Notes: generated from the sequence alone by a model not told the origin. Positions 24,059 through 35,387 are shown, counted from the whole stretch's first letter. The stretch: 63,794 nt of DNA, filler included, from Globobulimina sp. (GCA_003354225.1; 56 parts of 56 records of this genome joined end to end with filler, not necessarily neighbours in it), one strand, 5' to 3'. A program made the numbers and translations.

Positions 24059-25017
24059 ATGTCATCTGTAGAAACGCAAGTAGAGTCAATGATGTGTGAT
24101 ATATTGGATGATGGAATCGATCCAACAGATGACGATGATATCGATGAACAACAATTTAAACCAGTGAAATTAGCACATAATAAACCACAACTACTACCGA
24201 AAAATTATGGAGCAGTTCATTCCCAGTCACACCATATGTCAAAAATAAAAATCTCACCTCTTGTATCATCACAATATAACAAAAATATATACAAACACCG
24301 CAACGACAATTATTTCAAACAAAAATATCAAAATAAAAAACAGTTTCACATATTATCAACTAACGAAATAAACCGATTCATCATCAATATCTGGAACATG
24401 CATGGAATCACAACAGTACTTCCAAATAAGTTAATCAATGATTTCATCAAAAGAAATAAACTCATCATATTGAAAGAATTATATTGTGATACATGTGATT
24501 TTCAGAAATCAATCCACAAATATTATCGCAAATGGAAGAATAATAACATTGCATTTAATTTAAAAATCCATCCCACAAAGAAAGGGTCGGCTATATTTAT
24601 TGTCAAATTTACTGATCGGTATATCAAATACGACAACACAAACATTTTAAATCTGGTTAACAACACCAAAGAACAAGTAACATTTGTGTGTCAATGTGCG
24701 TTTGCTAAATTTTACCCACCGAACATTCTCAATATCATCAATTCTGATAAATATATGATGTCTGGCGAATATTTGAACGCTGATGCAAAAAACAAATATT
24801 TAGTGATTAAAATTAAATCATTGTATGATATCATTCATATTGATGAAAAGGATGAAGCTGCGAAAGAATTACGACAGGAATATTTTGATCATATTACAAA
24901 TTGTGTTTGGTTGAAATGTGATGATTATCCATTGTTGCTGTACAAATGGCAAATGACTCATTGCAAACAGTTTATTTATCGTTGTTTACCCGAAAGGTTG
25001 AGACAAAATTTGATGTC
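24059..25017 (+). CDS. Hypothetical protein (3' partial)
   Basis: ATG-initiated ORF of ~320 codons; no recognisable family. Confidence 0.6.
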
Positions 25018-25117
25018 NNNNNNNNNNNNNNNNNNNNNNNNNNNNNNNNNNNNNNNNNNNNTTAATTAATTAANNNNNNNNNNNNNNNNNNNNNNNNNNN
25101 NNNNNNNNNNNNNNNNN

Positions 25118-26072
25118 TCAAAACTTCCCGAAATGAGACAAATTTATAAATTAAATGGAAAAACTGACATTGTGAGTAAATGATAATAACTTTAAACTAC
25201 AATCATTACACTAAAATCTGTTCAGAGTTAATCAATTCTACCGGTTTTATCATTGTACCCAGTTGTTGTTTCTTATTTATGCGAAGGGTTATAATATATA
25301 CCTATATCTTGCTGGTTCTATACCCATATGTACAGTATATTATTTACCTGGTACCATAATCGGTAGAAGTGCCTAACGACAGTACAGTACATTATATATA
25401 AATCAATAAGTGAGTCATTTTATTTAGGAGAAAAACGAAAACTACAGTAATCGCTTTAAAACTGCTTGGACAAAAATTTACCAATCGGACGATAAGGCAA
25501 GAAAATTGCCTATCAATGGTGGCGTACAATACGGTATTTATTGTGAAATGAAGGATTGTTGTAGACAAGCTGAGAAAGAAATGAATGCCAGTAAATTACG
25601 AAAACTATTGGAAACGGCATGGGACAAATACACACTCTTAAAAACGGTACATACCAGAGTCAAGTTGTAAAATTAGGCGGGTTTCAAAGACATTACAGTA
25701 TGAAAAATCCAATTAAAATTGCATATTCTCATAAAAAAGTATGTAGATAAATGCTCAGTCTAGTAAAGTACAAGAAATGCAATTTTGAATGGGTTTTTTA
25801 TTTACTGTAAACACATCCGACCCGTCTAATCTTGACCCTTTAGTTAAAAATCACTAATTACAGATTCAAATTAAGCAAAGAGGCGCCGTACATCCTGATC
25901 TCCGACCGCCTGCTTTGTCTCTTGTCAAAATCGAATCAACGCGCCAATTTACAGTATCCAAAGGAGAGACATTTGAGTTTGTACCGGAAACAGACATTTC
26001 TACAGTAACTCATGACATGCAAACTCTTGTCAGTTACAGTTGTGGTTTCAAATGGACAAATTCGTCATTTAC
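25118..26072 (+). CDS. Three exons of an unknown gene (25118-25171, 25428-25646, 25864-~26072)
   Basis: All exons open and joined by phase-0 GT-AG introns of 256 and 217 nt; longer introns suggest a different eukaryote. Confidence 0.55.
25672..25830. repeat. Long imperfect inverted repeat (MITE-like) inside an intron
   Basis: Left arm ATTAGGCGGGT..TTACAGTA..AAAATTGCAT matches the reverse complement of 25773-25830. Confidence 0.65.
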
Positions 26073-26478
26073 TGTATGTTTTATAAGTTATAATAAGCAT
26101 GCATACTCTACATGTAAGTGCATTTTGTCAATTACAGTTACCGGACACATCAGCATCTNNNNNNNNNNNNNNNNNNNNNNNNNNNNNNNNNNNNNNNNNN
26201 NNTTAATTAATTAANNNNNNNNNNNNNNNNNNNNNNNNNNNNNNNNNNNNNNNNNNNNTACACGTTTGAAAAATATTTGGTGATAATGACGCTTTGCGAA
26301 ATTTCCGTAAATATCCAGTTATCAATAAGTCTGCTTTTAACACTCTCAAAATACATTTTTGTGAACCTTTTCTACAGCGTTGATTTTAACATTTAATGAT
26401 TGTGTTAAGATGTTTTGAGCTACACACAACCCACAACCCCAGCAGAATTACATCTAAAAAAAAAATATGATTGATAAA

Positions 26479-26642
26479 GTTCGTACAGCAGTGACCCAGG
26501 TCACAGAGATAAGTTTTTGTAAATAAAAAAAAATGAGAGGTCGTACAGCAGTGACCCAGGTCACAGAGATAATTTTTTGTAAATAAAGAAAATGAAAAGT
26601 TCGTACAACAGTGACCCAGGTCACAGAGATGAGTTTTTGTAG
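26479..26642. repeat. 60-bp tandem repeat x3 with GTGACC-CA-GGTCAC palindrome
   Basis: TCGTACA(G/A)CAGTGACCCAGGTCACAGAGAT recurs with an exact 60-bp period. Confidence 0.9.
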
Positions 26643-27401
26643 GAAAGTAAAGTATTTGTGCAGCTGTGATACGGGTCAATTATGAAAATGTCTAAAAACT
26701 ATCCTTTCTCTGCTGTCTGTAATAATTATAAAGAAAAAGTAGCTGTTGTCTAAAAACTATCCTTCTCCGGCTCCCGTCCCTTCTGCTTCACCAGTCTCTT
26801 GTACATAGCTTGCATAAGCTTCGTTATAAGCCTTTGTGGAGCATTCGTAGCACCTTTCTCCTGTTTGTGGAGGCTGTGGAGGTCTGCCAGCGGCTGCATC
26901 TCCCAGTGCCTTCCGCCTCCATTTTTGATTCTCAGCATCCGACATTGCCAGACAACAGCAGCCGACAATGGCAGCAAAACCACCAACCTCAGCAGCGGTT
27001 AGTAATCTTCTAGTTTTTGACACAGATCACATAATATGATGAATGTTATTAATAATGATATTGCTTTCCACATTTTTAATATCTGATTTGTTTTCTTATT
27101 TTAGATATTTTATATTTTATAAAATATTGAGATTATGATATTGCGATTGTGCGACTATGAGTTGACTGAGTTCAGCTGCATTTAAATATACATCCAACTC
27201 AAGCATCTTTATTAAATACTTCGTCCGACCCCAATTCCTTGATTCCGCCACTGATTCCTTCGCAATTCTCGGGCCGCACAGTCCTGAATAAAATCCTTAN
27301 NNNNNNNNNNNNNNNNNNNNNNNNNNNNNNNNNNNNNNNNNNNTTAATTAATTAANNNNNNNNNNNNNNNNNNNNNNNNNNNNNNNNNNNNNNNNNNNNA
27401 T

Positions 27402-28397
27402 ATACAACATATAATCTGCGTTTTTTTGCATTGCTCAAACTCTGAGTTATGTCGCGAATTCCGACAATCGTATCGATGCTCGCAATTTGACGACAATAAC
27501 ACGCAAATCCGCTCGTATCACATTAACAATTTTTATTGGATGGCTCGGTTTAGTTATGCGGCGATTCAGGTTTTCGGTGAGAAGCCGCAGGAAAAAGATA
27601 TATTTTATCATGGCCAGAACAAACAATTTCTGTTTACGCAGTTTTCGATGATTTTAGAAGCGCCGACTTCCACCACTCCAAACTGGGAAATTGCCCGCGT
27701 CAAATTTTCAGGCGACACTGGCATTGTACTTAAATTATCTCCAAAGTATACGTACGAGTTAAATAATAATAGATATTTGAATGTGTCGTCCATCAGTTCT
27801 TACGGCGATGATGAGAATGAGCGGCTTTTTGCGGGAATGACGGTTTTGGCGATAATTGATATTGGATATACGTATAACAATAAATGGTTTTGGATGACGG
27901 AGCATATGAAACTTTTTCTGTATTTTGAGAGGTTAATCACACAAACAATACATCAACGGAACAATTATAATTATGGCATGCTCCCAAAAAATGAGAAAAA
28001 AAGGAATAAATTTCTCAAATTGCAATCGAAACATTTGGTGCCAATGATTCGACATCAAATGAATAGAAATAGCAAAGTGGACTGTAATTATATATTCACT
28101 CAGAAGATTGGTGCAGAAAAGCATTATTTATATGCCTTATTTGAACATTTTTGCGATTCCAAACATGATTATATTAATTTAACGTGTATTCATTATGAAA
28201 TGCAAGGAATGCATCAATCGTTAAAAGATATATTCTTTACAAATAAAAATAATTATAATCAAATCGATAAGAAGTCGATAAAATTAATATTCCCAAAATT
28301 AAAAGGATATAAAAATCATTCTGGTAATTGGATTACATTTTTATTTTTAATTAATAAAATTTTTTTTTTTAAATTGGTAAAATTTTTTTTTTTTTAA
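27402..28397 (+). CDS. ADP-ribosyltransferase-like protein of an expanded host family (5' partial)
   Basis: IFYHG..PTSTT..IA..F..GIVLKL..VSSISSY..ENERLF follows the R-S-E clade ART motif order, with H at the R position. Confidence 0.6.
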   Translation: MQHIICVFLHCSNSELCREFRQSYRCSQFDDNNTQIRSYHINNFYWMARFSYAAIQVFGEKPQEKDIFYHGQNKQFLFTQFSMILEAPTSTTPNWEIARVKFSGDTGIVLKLSPKYTYELNNNRYLNVSSISSYGDDENERLFAGMTVLAIIDIGYTYNNKWFWMTEHMKLFLYFERLITQTIHQRNNYNYGMLPKNEKKRNKFLKLQSKHLVPMIRHQMNRNSKVDCNYIFTQKIGAEKHYLYALFEHFCDSKHDYINLTCIHYEMQGMHQSLKDIFFTNKNNYNQIDKKSIKLIFPKLKGYKNHSGNWITFLFLINKIFFFKLVKFFFF

Positions 28398-28541
28398 TGG
28401 TTGACAAAACATCAGCAAAACCTCTTTTCTTCTCAACCATNNNNNNNNNNNNNNNNNNNNNNNNNNNNNNNNNNNNNNNNNNNNTTAATTAATTAANNNN
28501 NNNNNNNNNNNNNNNNNNNNNNNNNNNNNNNNNNNNNNNNC

Positions 28542-28961
28542 AGATTGCAGTCAATCGGGAATAAATACGAAATAAATGAATCAGTTTCTACAGATTTAAG
28601 TGATGGTATCTTGATTGCAACAGAACCGGTAGTATTTGAGGTGATGAATCAAATTGATTTGTTATTATCTCCTTTGAATTATTCATTGCCAAAGCCATTG
28701 GCTGCATTCTCTCAACCTTTTGGTACCAATCTATCAAATGGCGATTCGACATATCAATGGAATGCTGGTTATCTGAGAGATTATGTTTATCAAAATATAA
28801 GGAAACCAGCCGAGAATGAAAATATTTATATTGGCTGTGCTACGTATTCTGAATCAAGACCTTGGATGGATGGCGCAATTTGGTCTGCAATAAAACTCAT
28901 ACAAAACAATTTTAATGTCACCTATAATCCACTTGAAAACGATGACTATGATTGTACATAA
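28542..28961 (+). CDS. Flavin amine oxidase family, C-terminal fragment
   Basis: YQWNAG..IRKP..NIYIGCATYS..WMDGAIWSA. Confidence 0.65.
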   Translation, partial: RLQSIGNKYEINESVSTDLSDGILIATEPVVFEVMNQIDLLLSPLNYSLPKPLAAFSQPFGTNLSNGDSTYQWNAGYLRDYVYQNIRKPAENENIYIGCATYSESRPWMDGAIWSAIKLIQNNFNVTYNPLENDDYDCT

Positions 28962-29172
28962 GATGTTTTTACTTGCAAAAAAATTTTATGTTCAAAAAAC
29001 GCCATAAAAATAACTTTATTTGTTTTTTATAGCAGACATGAAACTGTTTTATTTAATAAAATAGAAACGAAAAACACTTTTATTACCATACATGCCATAT
29101 AAAATAGAAACAAAAAACAGAAATTTGAAAGTCAAAAAGCAGAGAATAAATTACAAAAAATAAATAGAAAAA

Positions 29173-29234
29173 TGTGATGATGGATTTGAACCCAAATCTT
29201 ATTGAATAAGATGCTCTCATCGAGCTATCATCAC
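29173..29234 (-). tRNA. Compact tRNA-like cloverleaf with UCA at the anticodon position (probably a pseudo-tRNA)
   Basis: GTGATGA/TCATCAC 7-bp acceptor, TA, GCTC/GAGC D-stem, TCTTA/TAAGA stem with TTCAA loop, GGTTCAAATCC T-loop; loops and T-stem are short. Confidence 0.5.
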
Positions 29235-29244
29235 TATCTTAATC

Positions 29245-29346
29245 AATACAATGCGGCGGCTTCGCCTCCATATATGCCAATACGATGCGGCGGCTCCGCC
29301 GCCATATATACCATATACAATACAATGCGGCGGCTTCGCCGCCATA
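29245..29346. repeat. Three copies of a GC hairpin unit AATAC(A/G)ATGCGGCGGCT(T/C)CGCC(G/T)CCATA
   Basis: Copies at about 29245, 29279 and 29319. Confidence 0.85.
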
Positions 29347-29831
29347 AATACCATAAATACCTCCACATCCACCTCCCCCTCATCCTACATATCCGCATCA
29401 AACCTTATATGTATTGTTTTGTTTTTTATTTTATTCTATTATTTGGTTTTTTATTATTTGTCTATTTATTGTTATGTTTGTGGTATGTTGGGGGGAGAGT
29501 GTTGGCCGTTAAATCCTTTCTGGAGACAAGCCGAAAAAGATGCGACCCCCCCGACTTTAATTAACACAAGTTACAAAGCCTNNNNNNNNNNNNNNNNNNN
29601 NNNNNNNNNNNNNNNNNNNNNNNNNTTAATTAATTAANNNNNNNNNNNNNNNNNNNNNNNNNNNNNNNNNNNNNNNNNNNNTTTGGTATCTTAATTTGGA
29701 TTGATTTTGATTGTCTGGTTGGAAATGTAGTGCATTGTCAGTTTTGAGAATGTTATTTCTGTTCGTTTTGAGAATAATTTTGTTACAGTGAAAAAAACTT
29801 ATTATATAATCATGCAAACACGTACAAGAAT

Positions 29832-30668
29832 CTATGCCTCAGAGGCAGAGCGTCCATGAAGTTTGACCATAGCTTCTTGTTTGGCAAACTCATCGACCAT
29901 TGCTGCAAATTGCTCATAATCCAAAATATTGTTTGGCCCCGCAAGCTGATCAAAAGTGGTTGCGAGCCGCAGCCATCTCTGATAATATGATTTGGGTAAT
30001 TCTGTCCAAAACGTATCAAATTGCTGCCTGCTCAGTCCACGCATATTATTGTCCCATTCCAAACTGTCATAGACGGCGTGCAATATTTGCTTCTCATTCC
30101 TGATTAAACTGACAGTCATTTTAGAGACCACCAACCGAGACTGGCTTTGTATGCGCTCAATTCCCGCAATATTGGAAACAGAGATTGTCTTTAAATTGTT
30201 ATCCAACTCTTGGAATTTAGCAATATTTGCTTCCAATTTGTCATTCATGCCTTTAATGTCATGTTTTATTCCAGATAAATGTTTCTCTGTTCGCGCCAAT
30301 GACAGCACATCGTCTCTCAACGCATTATTTTCTTGCGTAAAATCCGCATTTAAACGATATAATCTGTCCACTTGTTCTGTCAATTGAGTTAAAATACGGA
30401 AATGGTTCAATGCCCAGAGACACAGCACAGAGCAAATGATGCCGCCATAAACATATGACTGCGGACTATGCGGTGTTGCGACAAACATTAAAAACCAAAT
30501 CATTGTCAAACATCCACAAATAAAAAATATTAAAAATCTCCATCGTTTAAGAGGCTCTTCTTTGTACCAACGGCATGGAGCACAACAACCACTACGTTCC
30601 TTTTTTGGTGGCCCTTTGGCATTTTCTGCCTCTGTTTCTACATTTGATTGTATCACTTCCTCCATCAT
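29832..30668 (-). CDS. Two-TM + coiled-coil + EF-hand-like protein, complete
   Basis: Two hydrophobic helices, a heptad region, then GLSRQQF and ILDYEQFAAMVD EF-hand-like ends. Confidence 0.65.
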   Translation of the reverse strand: MMEEVIQSNVETEAENAKGPPKKERSGCCAPCRWYKEEPLKRWRFLIFFICGCLTMIWFLMFVATPHSPQSYVYGGIICSVLCLWALNHFRILTQLTEQVDRLYRLNADFTQENNALRDDVLSLARTEKHLSGIKHDIKGMNDKLEANIAKFQELDNNLKTISVSNIAGIERIQSQSRLVVSKMTVSLIRNEKQILHAVYDSLEWDNNMRGLSRQQFDTFWTELPKSYYQRWLRLATTFDQLAGPNNILDYEQFAAMVDEFAKQEAMVKLHGRSASEA

Positions 30669-30824
30669 TCAAATCAAGTGCACATTTCAACAAACAATTT
30701 GATGAAAACAACTGAAAACTGTNNNNNNNNNNNNNNNNNNNNNNNNNNNNNNNNNNNNNNNNNNNNTTAATTAATTAANNNNNNNNNNNNNNNNNNNNNN
30801 NNNNNNNNNNNNNNNNNNNNNNTG

Positions 30825-31187
30825 AGTAGTATTTGGTTGCATCATTATTATTATATGTTTGGCTTTTTATTGTTAGTGTTCATTATTTTGATATTAACCT
30901 CTGCCGAAATTACAATCGTAATGACATATTTTCAACTTTGTGCAGAAGATTGGAGATGGTTTTGGCGATCGGTGCAAACTGCTGGCTCATCGGCTATTTA
31001 TTTATTTGCTTATTCAATTTTATATTTCTATACAAAATTAGATATTGTCCCCTTCGTCTCTTCGTTATTATATTTTGGTTACATGATGTTGGTCTGTTTA
31101 GCATTTTTTTTAGTTACTGGCACTATTGGATTTTATGCGACGTATCAGTTCGTTTATAAAATATATGATGCTATCAAAATTGAATGA
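30825..31187 (+). CDS. TM9SF: Nonaspanin TM9SF, C-terminal fragment
   Basis: [67 protein letters not shown]. Confidence 0.95.
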   Translation, partial: SSIWLHHYYYMFGFLLLVFIILILTSAEITIVMTYFQLCAEDWRWFWRSVQTAGSSAIYLFAYSILYFYTKLDIVPFVSSLLYFGYMMLVCLAFFLVTGTIGFYATYQFVYKIYDAIKIE

Positions 31188-31794
31188 TTTCTTTCTTCTT
31201 TTATTTATTCTTTTTCTTGTCACAAAAAACATTTTAATTTTAAGTGTTTTCTCCTTTTTTTAATCAATATCCTATTCTTGTAAACATTAGAATCATTACA
31301 AACGATCTGCCTCAACAAATATGCGTAATTCAACCAAGAATAACATATAACAAAATTATATTCTTTAACAATCTCCAGGGAAAGTATCCTCGCACACAAA
31401 CATATTTGAAACTGTAAACATTATCCTCGCACACACGGAAGATGGTGATCAATTGTCAAAAAAATAATGTTGTAACTTGTAAAGTATTTAATACTCAGTC
31501 CTTGTAGGAAAAATTATAAAATAACAAAAGCAAATAACAATCTAAATAATACAAATTAAACACAGAACAATATGTTGTCGGATGCGATTATTGTTTAAAA
31601 AAAAAACTTGTATTTAAACAATTGCTTTCATATCAACCATAGAAACATTTATTAATCAGACAAAAAACACACACACACACAAAAACGAAAGGGGTTAAAA
31701 AAAGTTAAAAAGAAAAAGAAAATGAGAATATTGCGATACAAACAATTGTTAGTGTTTATGATGAATCACATCCAATAACAAATATAAATATAAA

Positions 31795-31863
31795 TTATGG
31801 CAAAGCAGTCAATGCTTCCATAATCAAGGCACGATGTATTTCATCATCAACACCTAACTGCTG
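31795..31863 (-). CDS. SAM-like C-terminal helix fragment
   Basis: QQLGVDDEIHRALIMEALTALP*. Confidence 0.35.
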   Translation of the reverse strand, partial: QQLGVDDEIHRALIMEALTALP

Positions 31864-31964
31864 NNNNNNNNNNNNNNNNNNNNNNNNNNNNNNNNNNNNN
31901 NNNNNNNTTAATTAATTAANNNNNNNNNNNNNNNNNNNNNNNNNNNNNNNNNNNNNNNNNNNNC

Positions 31965-33004
31965 ATTATATTTTTTGCAATTGGTTTAGCAATGAATTAC
32001 ATCATTTATTTATATTTACTGCGTGGCAGTCATACAATCATTGTAACTCCCATCACTCGCATTGATTACAACAAAACTAAAATACAAAATGATTTCCTCT
32101 CTGATATTGATAAGAGTCAATCAAATTGTTTGAGTGAAAGATTTTTATTATTCCAAGTATTTGGCGATGGATTTGCTAACTACCACCATTATATGGGTCA
32201 AGCACTCTTAATCGCAATCTCAACGAACAGAACATTATATTTTTATGGCAATTTTCATTATTATGGAACCTGTAAAAATCACTCATTATCAGATAACTGG
32301 CATTGCATTTATGATCCATTCACATTATGTCCGATACCACAACAAATCAAAGAGAAAATAAATGAAAAAGTATCTTCAAAGCGCAGATTGCTGGGATCAG
32401 TCCATCCGAATGATGGTACATTGCAGAGTCCGATGGAAAACGGTCTGTATCGGCGATATTTTGGCCTTGAACCATTGGTTGAATATACATTTAAAAAATT
32501 CTTTTGGAACAATGGCATTTATCATCAAAAATGGTTTAATAAATTTGATAATCTTTTCATACGTTCGAATGTGCAGTTTTTTATATGGATGAAAATGAAC
32601 CAGAAAGTGAGAAACATTGTAAATGCGAGTCCAATGATAAGGAAAATTAAATCGTTACATGCGCGAAAGGAGAAATACATTGCTTTTCATTTCCGTAAAT
32701 CCGACAATGTGATGGATGTATATAATATGTATGGCATTGTAGCAGATAATGTGTATAATATGGAACATTATATGAACATTGTCGACACCAATATTGGTAG
32801 AACAGAGAATGCGTTGAATACAATATTTGTTTGTACAGATTCGACAGAGATTATTGATGATATTGAAAGGAATTATGTGCGCAATCATAGTGAGTGGAAT
32901 TTTATATATAATTCCAAAACAAAACGGAGTTCAACGAGGGAAAGGAACTGGTTTTTAAACGATATGAATGACAATGATCTATGGAATGTAATAATCGATA
33001 TTGA
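31965..33004 (+). CDS. Alpha-1,6-fucosyltransferase-like protein (GT23/NodZ superfamily), partial
   Basis: GFANYHH..ALLIAISTNRTL, IAFHFRKSD (motif I HxRxxD), IFVCTD; N-terminal TM. Confidence 0.7.
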
Positions 33005-33245
33005 NNNNNNNNNNNNNNNNNNNNNNNNNNNNNNNNNNNNNNNNNNNNTTAATTAATTAANNNNNNNNNNNNNNNNNNNNNNNNNNNNNNNNNNNNNNNN
33101 NNNNGAAAAACGCAAAATTGATTCGTATGGGTAAACAAAAAGATAACAAAACGTACATATACCGTTTTCTGTGCACGTGGAAAGAAGCAATCTTACACAT
33201 ATTACATGTTTAATTTAATTATAATTAGGTGTCAGTAATGAGTAC

Positions 33246-34037
33246 TTATTTATATTCACAATAATGTACCAAGGGAATATCAATGATGGTGTTATTATTT
33301 TTAATACATAACAAATTGGACACTTTATAGATTTTTACTTTTGGCTTTGCTTTTAAATACTTTGCGCGAATAAGAATGCATGTAATAAAGGATAAATATG
33401 AGCCATATCCGGCCGCCAAATGCCAAAATGAATGGAGATGAAGTTTCTGAATATAATCACAAAAAAACAAATCCAGACTCCACACAATAAATCCACCGTA
33501 ATAACAGAGCCAGGCCATCACAAAATATTTTTTAATCGAAGTTAAACCATTTAAATGAAATTTAAACAAAACATAGGTGAAAATAAGAACATTTAACGAA
33601 TATCCAACGAAAAATATACCCCAAACTTTAAAATAAACATAAAATATACATTCGAAGCCGGTAACAGTGATTAATAATATTATTAAATCGTAACGTTTGT
33701 CGTGGGATGATACGGTTAAGCCGCAATACACCAAAGAGGCGGACAATAATAACATGGGAAGTTCGTCTAATAATTGATATTTGTATTTTAATGATGCATG
33801 GAATAAGGAAGAACCAACGCCCACAAACATCAATGAAAGAAAGCAGACTTTGTAACGAAACTCTTTTGTGGCGTAAATGTGTGTCAATACTAAACCTAAT
33901 ATTGCTTGTATTATCATAGGACATGATGACAATGCATTGAAGAACTCTGCAAAATAATAGGATACGGCGTAATTTGGCTCACAAAAATCCATCGAGCTAT
34001 TGGGTGCTCCCCAAAAGCCAAATTCATCCATGACCAT
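33246..34037 (-). CDS. Alkaline ceramidase, ACER3-like, complete
   Basis: GFWG..SSMDFCEPNY..AEFFNALS, VGVGSSLFHASL..QLLDELPM, HSFWHL. Confidence 0.93.
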   Translation of the reverse strand: MVMDEFGFWGAPNSSMDFCEPNYAVSYYFAEFFNALSSCPMIIQAILGLVLTHIYATKEFRYKVCFLSLMFVGVGSSLFHASLKYKYQLLDELPMLLLSASLVYCGLTVSSHDKRYDLIILLITVTGFECIFYVYFKVWGIFFVGYSLNVLIFTYVLFKFHLNGLTSIKKYFVMAWLCYYGGFIVWSLDLFFCDYIQKLHLHSFWHLAAGYGSYLSFITCILIRAKYLKAKPKVKIYKVSNLLCIKNNNTIIDIPLVHYCEYK

Positions 34038-34479
34038 GACTTCACTACTGACGGTTTTCGAGCTGAACTTATTTTTACCGTTATTAAATAATGCTTAAAC
34101 ACAAAAGCTTGGTATCTCCATTAAAGTATTTTGTGAATCCAAAAANNNNNNNNNNNNNNNNNNNNNNNNNNNNNNNNNNNNNNNNNNNNTTAATTAATTA
34201 ANNNNNNNNNNNNNNNNNNNNNNNNNNNNNNNNNNNNNNNNNNNNCCTAATTTTTGGCTTAGTTTCGTTTCATTTCATTTCAACGATTAGGGGTCTCCGA
34301 TATGTACTGAATTTTCATTCAGTTTGACAGAGTTTTTCATTTTTTTTAAGAATCCTGTCGAACATGTCTTCAGTCGCTACCAAATTCACACTCAAACAGA
34401 GCGAAATTCGGTATGGATGCATTGACGAAATTACGTCGCAACAAACAATGACACGTTACAATGTGAACGTGTATGCCTA

Positions 34480-35020
34480 TGAATATATTCAATGGAATGC
34501 CAAAGATATTGTCGTTTGGGTTAAGTCGTATACAGCCAACTGCAAAAAGAGCGAAATTTAGTATGGATTCATTATTGAAATTGGAAAACAGCGAAGAATG
34601 TGAATTAATGCCACAAAATATCATAACTAATATGCCGAAGATATTATCACATGAATTTGGTGTAAAAACGAGCAAAGTTTAGTGTGGATAAATTAATTAA
34701 TTTACGCCATACAGCATTATGTCAAATAATGGCAGAAAATATAACTTATGAAATACCGCGATATTATCAGTTGGTTTAGGTCTACGAATACAGCCAAAAT
34801 GTGTTGAAAACGTGATACAAAAATTACGAGATTGTGAATCGTATAAATTAATGCCTGGAAATATAATTTAATAAATGAAATACCTCATATATTATCACCA
34901 GGTTTAGGCATAAAAGAATCAAATTTAGTATGGATAAATTGATGCAATTACGAGAATATAAAATAATGCCAGAGAATATAATTAATAATATACCAGAGAT
35001 ATTATCCATTGCTTTAGGTG
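34480..35020 (+). pseudogene. Decayed tandem array of SAM-like coding units (~110-135-bp period)
   Basis: YIQWNAKDIVVWVKS followed by about four stop/frameshift-disrupted copies sharing GATATTATC-like and AAATTTAGTATGGAT-like motifs. Confidence 0.45.
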
Positions 35021-35387
35021 CATTATTTGATTGTGATCCACGTGATTGGATTTAATATATCTTTTGTGTTACAGTTACTTTATATAACGCTCTCGATCAA
35101 TCATGAATATGCAAATGCAACCAATGAGGAATTGAAGGGAGAGTTATGTCCGATTCTTAGAATGAATATGCGAGAAGCGAATAAATTTCATTTGCTATAT
35201 TTGATGGGATGGATGCAGACGTCACCCACTTGTCAAACAAGAAAATATAACATTAAAAATAATTTTTTATGTGTGATTTTATGTGANNNNNNNNNNNNNN
35301 NNNNNNNNNNNNNNNNNNNNNNNNNNNNNNTTAATTAATTAANNNNNNNNNNNNNNNNNNNNNNNNNNNNNNNNNNNNNNNNNNNNA

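Noticed and set aside
26479..26642. CRISPR array
   Set aside because: Only three units, and the linkers are homologous A-rich sequences rather than unique spacers.
26750..27023. Four overlapping ORFs in a GC-richer patch
   Set aside because: No frame gives a recognisable protein, so no CDS call is supportable.
29173..29234. Evidence for UGA reassignment or tRNA-Sec
   Set aside because: TGA ends conserved genes at the expected place (KDM8 at 7757, TM9SF at 31187), no conserved gene shows in-frame TGA, and the Sec long variable arm is absent.
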